From: Paragordius varius
Taxonomy: Eukaryota > Animalia > Nematomorpha
DNA: 64,000 nt
Assembly (NCBI GenBank): GCA_964247055.1
Contig: OZ176053.1
Span: 13,764,001 to 13,828,000, forward strand
Direction: 5' to 3'
Under the pieces are notes generated by a model, which did not search any database, was not told where the DNA came from, and saw nothing but the letters and a program-made list of their open reading frames with translations. The position numbers were made by a program, and so were the translations under genes. Shown piece after piece: positions 58,841-64,000 of this stretch. How positions within the stretch are numbered: the first letter of the stretch is position 1; each line of letters opens with the position of its first letter.

Positions 58841-58950
58841 TTGTGAATGCTTTTACCTAAATAATGTAATATTGAACCTTATGCAAATATATAACTTGTG
58901 AATGCTTTCATCTAAATATTGAAATATTTAACCTTATGCAAAAATGCAAC
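58841..58950 (+). repeat. Two diverged 55-bp tandem copies in the LTR (also at 63195-63304)
   Basis: 58841-58895 versus 58896-58950 match at 47/55 positions. Both begin ttgtgaatgcttt and contain aaccttatgcaaa. Confidence 0.9.
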
Positions 58951-58963
58951 CTCGCTCTAAAAC

Positions 58964-58972
58964 TATATATAA
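58964..58972 (+). promoter_or_regulatory. Candidate TATA box of the LTR promoter
   Basis: TATATATAA lies just downstream of the 55-bp repeats and about 55 bp from the LTR end. The AT-rich background lowers specificity. Confidence 0.5.
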
Positions 58973-59028
58973 TGGAACATAGTTTTTTTATGATATAGAA
59001 TAAATTCCTTTTTTCCACTTATTACATT

Positions 59029-59040
59029 TGACGCGGTCGA
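59029..59040 (+). promoter_or_regulatory. Putative primer-binding site, non-canonical (TGACGCGGTCGA)
   Basis: GC-rich 12-mer 2 nt after the 5' LTR. It resembles tRNA-Ser-type PBS sequences (TGGCGCAGTCGG) but starts TGA rather than TGG. Confidence 0.5.
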
Positions 59041-59074
59041 TTTTTGTTTTTTGTATTACGCTGTATTCATTATT

Positions 59075-62000
59075 ATGGAAAAAATAAGTATTGAAAGTTA
59101 TAAAATCAATAATAATTTTACGGAATATATTAAATATTTACGAAGAAATTTAGTAATTAAAGGAATACAGGATAATAATGAAAATATTAAAGCCATCTTT
59201 CTTGCCCAATCCGGTATTGATAACATTTCTAAAATGGAACAATTCTTTTACCCCGTTAATATTGAAAACATATCTTGGGAGGAGATTTATGAAGCTGGGG
59301 TGAAAATATTTCAGCCAACCAAAAATACTTTTTTATCCCGATTCGAATTTTTTAGAGCGGAACGATTAGCGGGTGAAGGATTCTTGGAATTTTTTATAAG
59401 ACTCAAAAATATGGCCGCTGCATGCGAATTCAAAGGAAACGTTGACGAATTAATACGGGACGTGTTTATATGTGGGTTGAAGGAGAAAAAACTAGAGACT
59501 GAACTGCTGAACAGGTACCCAAAGGCATTAGACAACGACATACCAGTGGGATTAAATAAGGTTCTAAATCTGGCATTAGCGTATGAAAATTCTCACCTGG
59601 AAGTGAACTCAGTGAGAGCAATATATAATAATGAAAGTAAAAATAATGGTAATAATAATGGTATTACTAATGGTAATAATAATGAAACTTTTAATGATGG
59701 TAGTATTAATAATAATGAAATATATCAGGTAAGACGCAAACCTGTCGTAAAATCGTGTTTTAAATGCGGTCGCGCCCACAAATACGGATGCTGCCCAGCA
59801 TTTGGGAAGGTATGTTTCAAATGTCAGGGTAGAAATCATTTCGGAAGCCAATGCCAAAACAAATATGCTGGCAATAACAGGTATGTGAATAATATCGTAA
59901 ATAAACCTAAAATAAATGTAAAAATAAACTCAACCCACGTCGAAATGTTATTCGACACGGGGGCCGACATATCTTTAATAAATTTTAGCACGTGGGTTAA
60001 AATAGGAAAGCCTAAAATAAAACCCATTTATTTTAACATAAACACTTATGATAATAATCCTTTACACATAATAGGAGAGACAACTGTAACTCTTGAATTA
60101 AATAAATTAAAAAAGATAACAAAATGCTTTATTACGAAGAGACATCTTCCTCTAATATTTGGCATGGATTGGATCCAGCTATTCAATATCTCATTGCCTA
60201 ACGAATTATATATTAATAAATTATATCACACAAATGATATTTACAATAAATTTAAGTCTTTATTTGATAACAAATTGGGTTGTTGGAAAGGGGAACCCAT
60301 AAAGATATTTTTAGAAAACAATAGTAGGGGACGGGTATTTCCGGCTAGAAGGGTTCCCTTGGCCTTACAAGAGAAATTAAGTGAAGAGATCAAAAGGCTA
60401 GTATCCTTAAAAATTATTGAACCAGTAGACCCCAAGCAATCTAAAATTTGTTGGTCCAGTCCTATAGTAAACGTATTAAAGTCAAATAATGAATTAAGAA
60501 TATGCGCAGATTTTAAAGTGTCCATAAACAAATACATTAAAACACCTCAATATATAATACCCACATTTGATGATTTGATTTCCAAAATTTCACATGGTAA
60601 GACGTTTTCAACATTAGATTTAAAAGATGCTTATCTTCAGATTCCAGTGCATCCGGAATCTCAAAATCTTCTCACAATATCCACACCTCTTGGGTTTTTT
60701 AAATATACTAGGCTCCCTTTTGGTCTGTCGTGCGCACCTAGTTTTTTCCAACAAATCATGGATGAGCTATTAGGAGATTGTAAGGGAACAGCGGTCTATT
60801 TAGATGATGTAATTGTTACGGGGGAAACGGATGAGGAGCATTATAGAAACCTAACACAAGTATTTGAAAGATTAGAACGAATGGGTCTTAAATTAAAAAA
60901 AGATAAAATAAAGCTTTTTCAACAGGAAGTAGAATATTTGGGGTTTACTATATCAGAAAAAAGTATAAAACCAGCGTGCAGTAAGATTAAAGCCATTCGC
61001 GAGTGTCCAGCCCCTAAAGATAAAACAAGTCTCCGTTCGTTTTTGGGCCTTTTAAACTTTCATTCACGATTTATACCTTCTCTAAATACAATTGTTAACG
61101 AACTCCATCAGCTAGCTGGTTCCAAAAAGAAATGGTGTTGGACCGAGGTACACCAAAATATTTTTGAAAGGGCGAAGCTATTAATAGGGAATAACAGCCG
61201 CCTCTTCCCTTTTAACCCCAGACTTCCCCTTATTCTAGAAACGGATGCATCTGGGGAGGGGTTTGGGGCCATTTTGTCGCACAGAACGTCGGAAGGTAAA
61301 CGACCCATTGCATATTTTTCAAAAAAATGTTCCCCGGCAGAAAAAAATTATTCGGTTATAGAAAAAGAGGCAAAAGCCATTGTATTGGCCCTAGAGAAAT
61401 TTAAAACATTTTTATATGGCAGAAAATTTGAGATTAGAACAGATCATAAACCTCTTATCAAATTATTCGGGCAGCAACGTGTATTAAGCGAGCTAAACAA
61501 TAGTAAATTGCTAAGATGGATTTCAAAAACATCCATTTTCGACTTCAACATAATGTACTACCCAGGAACCGAAAATCTAGCAGATTCACTATCAAGACTA
61601 CCAACTGAGATAACTGAAGAATGTGACAATGACGAGGATATAGCGCAGGAGGTCCGGTTGCTATGGTGTCAGGAGTTAAACTTAAACAAGGAGAGGGTGC
61701 TTAAGGAAACTATGAGCGATGAGACGTGTAAACAGATTAAAGCAGCACGAAAGACTAATGATTGGTCTCATCCGGGGGTGCAGTCCTATAAACCACTGAG
61801 GAATGATATCGAAGAATCATACGGCCTTCTATATTTAGGTGACCGCCTTATTGTGCCTCAAAGCATGAGGGTTGATGTTCTTAACTATCTTCATAAAGGT
61901 CACCCGGGTATACAGTCCATGAAAGCGTTAGGTAAGAGTGGTGTGTTTTGGCCGAATATGAACCAGGAAATCGAAAAATGGGTGCAAGGCTGCTCAAATT

Positions 62001-63049
62001 GTCAAAAGTCACGGTTTAACATTGCAGTAAGCCCGACGTATAAATGGAACCCGAACACCACCGTTTGGGAGCGATTGCATCTCGATATAGCGGGGCCCGT
62101 AGATAACCTTTACTGGGTCATACTTATAGATCACTGCACCCGTTGGGTGGAAGTAGCACAGCTTAAAACAGTGAACTCGATCAGTATTTTGAAAGTTTTA
62201 GAAGGTTGGTTTGCACGATATGGCACCCCAGAGATGATCGTAACTGATAATGCGTCGTATTTTAAGTCCGGTGATTTTGAAAGAATATTAAGTTCCTCTA
62301 ATATCAAGCATGTAACCTCTGCGCCATACCACCCTCGGACAAATGGTTTAGTGGAAAGAGTCATTCAAACATTGAAAACGCACTATTATATGTGTTCTGA
62401 AGTAGCAGATCCAGAACGCCGGTTAAACCAGGTACTGTGGGCTTACAGATCAGCACATCACAATGGTATAAATGAGACACCTGCACGACTATTCCTAAAA
62501 CGAAATATACCGACTCCGCTGTCTTGGATGAAAGGCAAACCAAAGGATTATATCGATGGTACCTCAGATATTATACGTGAGTTCGTTCCAGGTGAGAAAG
62601 TGTTTATAAAAAATGAGTTGGAAGCCGGTTGGCGAGAGGGAAAAGTTGTAGAGCGGACTGGATTATTGTCCTACAATATCGAAGATAGAGGTAGGGTTTT
62701 ACGAAAGCATACGGATCAATTAAGAAGGCGAAAAGAAGGTCCCGATGAACTTAAGCTAGACGACCCGAAAGAATTGGATAAGCTAGACGACCCGAAAGAA
62801 TTGGAATCGGAACAACAGAATAATAATGATAATATCATAGCCACCCCATTGCATGGTCCTCCTATTGATGACAATATTAATAATGATGATACCAATCCTT
62901 CCCCGGATATTTGTCAAGATTTCCACAATAATCAGCAAAGTCCCAACGGCGATAAGATTGCAGAACCCCCAAGCTTTGAAGTACCAGTGGAGAGACGCTA
63001 TCCTACCAGAAACCGAAAAGCCCCTGACAGATATACAAATCACTTTTAA
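59075..63049 (+). CDS. Gag-Pol polyprotein, 1324 aa from the first ATG (capsid-like region, two zinc knuckles, aspartic protease, RT, RNase H, integrase)
   Basis: Uninterrupted ORF. The track start at 59051 is a TTG; the first ATG is at 59075 and the TAA is at 63047-63049. Motifs: LFDTGAD, LDLKDAYLQ, RLPFG, YLDD, YLG, TDAS, TDHKPL, HKGH...CSNC and D-D-35-E. Confidence 0.96.
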   Translation: MEKISIESYKINNNFTEYIKYLRRNLVIKGIQDNNENIKAIFLAQSGIDNISKMEQFFYPVNIENISWEEIYEAGVKIFQPTKNTFLSRFEFFRAERLAGEGFLEFFIRLKNMAAACEFKGNVDELIRDVFICGLKEKKLETELLNRYPKALDNDIPVGLNKVLNLALAYENSHLEVNSVRAIYNNESKNNGNNNGITNGNNNETFNDGSINNNEIYQVRRKPVVKSCFKCGRAHKYGCCPAFGKVCFKCQGRNHFGSQCQNKYAGNNRYVNNIVNKPKINVKINSTHVEMLFDTGADISLINFSTWVKIGKPKIKPIYFNINTYDNNPLHIIGETTVTLELNKLKKITKCFITKRHLPLIFGMDWIQLFNISLPNELYINKLYHTNDIYNKFKSLFDNKLGCWKGEPIKIFLENNSRGRVFPARRVPLALQEKLSEEIKRLVSLKIIEPVDPKQSKICWSSPIVNVLKSNNELRICADFKVSINKYIKTPQYIIPTFDDLISKISHGKTFSTLDLKDAYLQIPVHPESQNLLTISTPLGFFKYTRLPFGLSCAPSFFQQIMDELLGDCKGTAVYLDDVIVTGETDEEHYRNLTQVFERLERMGLKLKKDKIKLFQQEVEYLGFTISEKSIKPACSKIKAIRECPAPKDKTSLRSFLGLLNFHSRFIPSLNTIVNELHQLAGSKKKWCWTEVHQNIFERAKLLIGNNSRLFPFNPRLPLILETDASGEGFGAILSHRTSEGKRPIAYFSKKCSPAEKNYSVIEKEAKAIVLALEKFKTFLYGRKFEIRTDHKPLIKLFGQQRVLSELNNSKLLRWISKTSIFDFNIMYYPGTENLADSLSRLPTEITEECDNDEDIAQEVRLLWCQELNLNKERVLKETMSDETCKQIKAARKTNDWSHPGVQSYKPLRNDIEESYGLLYLGDRLIVPQSMRVDVLNYLHKGHPGIQSMKALGKSGVFWPNMNQEIEKWVQGCSNCQKSRFNIAVSPTYKWNPNTTVWERLHLDIAGPVDNLYWVILIDHCTRWVEVAQLKTVNSISILKVLEGWFARYGTPEMIVTDNASYFKSGDFERILSSSNIKHVTSAPYHPRTNGLVERVIQTLKTHYYMCSEVADPERRLNQVLWAYRSAHHNGINETPARLFLKRNIPTPLSWMKGKPKDYIDGTSDIIREFVPGEKVFIKNELEAGWREGKVVERTGLLSYNIEDRGRVLRKHTDQLRRRKEGPDELKLDDPKELDKLDDPKELESEQQNNNDNIIATPLHGPPIDDNINNDDTNPSPDICQDFHNNQQSPNGDKIAEPPSFEVPVERRYPTRNRKAPDRYTNHF
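59756..59854 (+). other. Gag nucleocapsid: twin zinc knuckles
   Basis: CFKCGRAHKYGCC (CX2CX3HX4C) followed by CFKCQGRNHFGSQC (CX2CX4HX4C). Confidence 0.92.
59905..60186 (+). other. Retropepsin (aspartic protease) domain, span approximate
   Basis: Catalytic DTG at 59954-59962 in LFDTGADIS, and a C-terminal IFGMDW motif. Confidence 0.9.
60283..60970 (+). other. Reverse transcriptase domain, span approximate
   Basis: WSSPIVNVLK, RICADFK, LDLKDAYLQ, RLPFGLSCAP, YLDD (60797-60808) and VEYLGF. Confidence 0.95.
61226..61600 (+). other. RNase H domain, span approximate
   Basis: ETDAS (TDAS at 61241-61252), YSVIEKE, RTDHKPL and NLADSLSR. Confidence 0.93.
61826..62731 (+). other. Integrase (HHCC zinc finger, DDE core, C-terminal domain), span approximate
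   Basis: H at 61892 and 61901, CSNC at 61991-62002. D at 62084 (HLDIAGP), D at 62246 (VTDN) and E at 62354 (VERV) give D-X35-E spacing. Confidence 0.95.
62752..62805 (+). repeat. Perfect in-frame 27-bp tandem duplication in the integrase tail
   Basis: taagctagacgacccgaaagaattgga occurs twice, encoding KLDDPKEL(D/E) twice. Confidence 0.95.
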
Positions 63050-63052
63050 ATT

Positions 63053-63064
63053 AGATAGGAGATA
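63053..63064 (+). promoter_or_regulatory. Polypurine tract (imperfect)
   Basis: AGATAGGAGATA (10/12 purines) abuts the 3' LTR start. Confidence 0.75.
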
Positions 63065-63380
63065 TGTTATGTATAATAACTTATTTGTTTTTGTTAACTT
63101 AACTCAATTAATCTTATTTTAGTTACCATTGAAAATATAATTTGTGCATAATACACCTTTATACTTGTTACGCTAAAAATGTATATTATCTTGGTTGTGA
63201 ATGCTTTTACCTAAATAATGTAATATTGAACCTTATGCAAATATATAACTTGTGAATGCTTTCATCTAAATATTGAAATATTTAACCTTATGCAAAAATG
63301 CAACCTCGCTCTAAAACTATATATAATGGAACATAGTTTTTTTATGATATAGAATAAATTCCTTTTTTCCACTTATTACA
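63065..63380 (+). repeat. 3' LTR, 316 bp
   Basis: Direct repeat of 58711-59026 at an offset of 4354; TG...CA ends. Confidence 0.97.
63353..63358 (+). terminator. Candidate polyadenylation signal AATAAA in the 3' LTR
   Basis: AATAAA lies 22 nt before the LTR end; its counterpart is at 58999-59004. Confidence 0.55.
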
Positions 63381-63385
63381 GTATC
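63381..63385. other. Right target-site duplication GTATC
   Basis: Follows the 3' LTR CA and matches 58706-58710. Confidence 0.97.
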
Positions 63386-64000
63386 GTTGTAAAAATCGGA
63401 TATGAAAGAGTTTGTCAAACTATTTCTATATTTTGATGTAGTCTTACTAAGAGAATGTATAAAAAATTATTCTGTTCACCGGTGAACAATATCCGATTTT
63501 TAAGGACAAAGTTTAACTTGAGTATTGATGCGACTGGTTTAATACCATAATTTTTAAAGTATCGTTGTAAAAATCGGATATGAAAGAGTTTGTCAAAATA
63601 TCTCTATATTTTGATGTAGTCTTACTAAGAGAATGTATAAAAAATTATTTTGTTCACCGGTGACCAATATCCGATTTTTAAGGACAAAGTTTAACTAAAG
63701 TATTGATGCGACTTATTGATACGACTACTTTTATACATTAATTTATAAAGTATCGTTGTAAAAATCGGATATGAAAGAGTTTGTCAAACTATCTCTATAT
63801 TTTGATGTAGTCTTGCTAAGAGAATGTATAGAAAATAATTTTGTTCACCGGTGACCAATATCCGATTTTTAAGGACAAAGTTTAACTTGAGTATTGATGC
63901 GACTAGTTTAATACATTAATTTTTAAAGTATCGTTGTAAAAATCGGATATGAAAGAGTTTGTCAAACTATCTCTATATTTTGATGTAGTCTTGCTATGAG
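63381..64000 (-). repeat. Domain-C satellite resumes in register (about 3.5 monomers, open at the right edge)
   Basis: gtatcgttgtaaaaatcggatatgaaagag... carries domain-C markers, including gcgactggtttaataccat and the 13-bp insertion near 63710. Confidence 0.97.

Larger units (their letters stand above)
58711..59026 (+). repeat. 5' LTR, 316 bp
   Basis: Starts TGTTAT and ends ATTACA (imperfect terminal inverted repeat). By-eye comparison with 63065-63380 showed no differences, including homopolymer lengths. Confidence 0.97.
58711..63380 (+). mobile_element. Full-length Ty3/Gypsy LTR retrotransposon, Mag-like, 4670 bp
   Basis: TG...CA LTR pair, 5-bp TSD and a single ORF with domain order Gag-PR-RT-RNaseH-IN, which is diagnostic of Ty3/Gypsy. 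The Mag-like call is my inference from the short LTRs, single ORF, twin CCHC array and RKHTDQLR integrase ending; it is not from a phylogeny. Confidence 0.96.

Noticed and set aside
58952-58962. 11-bp match tcgctctaaaa between the LTR and class-b satellite (e.g. 45562-45572), suggesting the satellite derives from the LTR
   Set aside because: A rough estimate gives a few tenths of such a match expected by chance at this AT content, and the match does not extend on either side.
59051-59074. ORF-track start at 59051
   Set aside because: The codon is TTG, 24 nt upstream of an in-frame ATG (59075) that is the more plausible start.
59311-63043. Seven short antisense ORFs inside the retrotransposon
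   Set aside because: They are shadows of the gag-pol codon structure, 60-98 aa, with no recognisable motifs.
62853-63122. 89-aa alternate-frame ORF with a hydrophobic start as a possible env or accessory gene
   Set aside because: It is too short for env. The hydrophobicity comes from reading AAT/GAT repeats out of frame, and the ORF runs into the LTR.
63381-63400. CENP-B-box-like motif (tatcgttgtaaaaatcgga) at the insertion site
   Set aside because: TCGTTG..A resembles the box, but only 4 of 9 core positions match ungapped. The CGG lies 3 nt too far, and CENP-B binding needs fixed spacing.

Overview
Eukaryotic heterochromatin-like window with no host genes. About 59 kb is one AT-rich tandem satellite (178-bp monomer, about 26% GC). 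It runs on + from 1 to 45481, switches at a clean convergent inversion junction (45481/45482) and runs on - to the window end. The + arm interleaves two diverged monomer classes (a and b) in local higher-order repeats whose period changes along the array (8-, 5-, 6-, 4-, 9-, about 16- and about 13-mers). The - arm starts with about 7 monomers of the + arm family, then becomes a distinct a-only subfamily with a private 13-bp duplication. A complete 4670-bp Ty3/Gypsy LTR retrotransposon (Mag-like, 58711-63380) is inserted in that subfamily. It has 316-bp LTRs that read identical, a 5-bp GTATC target-site duplication and one intact gag-pol ORF. Best leads: (1) a very young, intact, chromodomain-less element inside a candidate centromeric satellite; (2) splice signals that would remove all of pol and give a Gag-only mRNA with an immediate stop; (3) an 18-bp quasi-palindrome in the monomer found in all four symmetry states; (4) the inversion architecture. 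The organism and any centromere function cannot be determined from sequence alone. All comparisons were made by eye.
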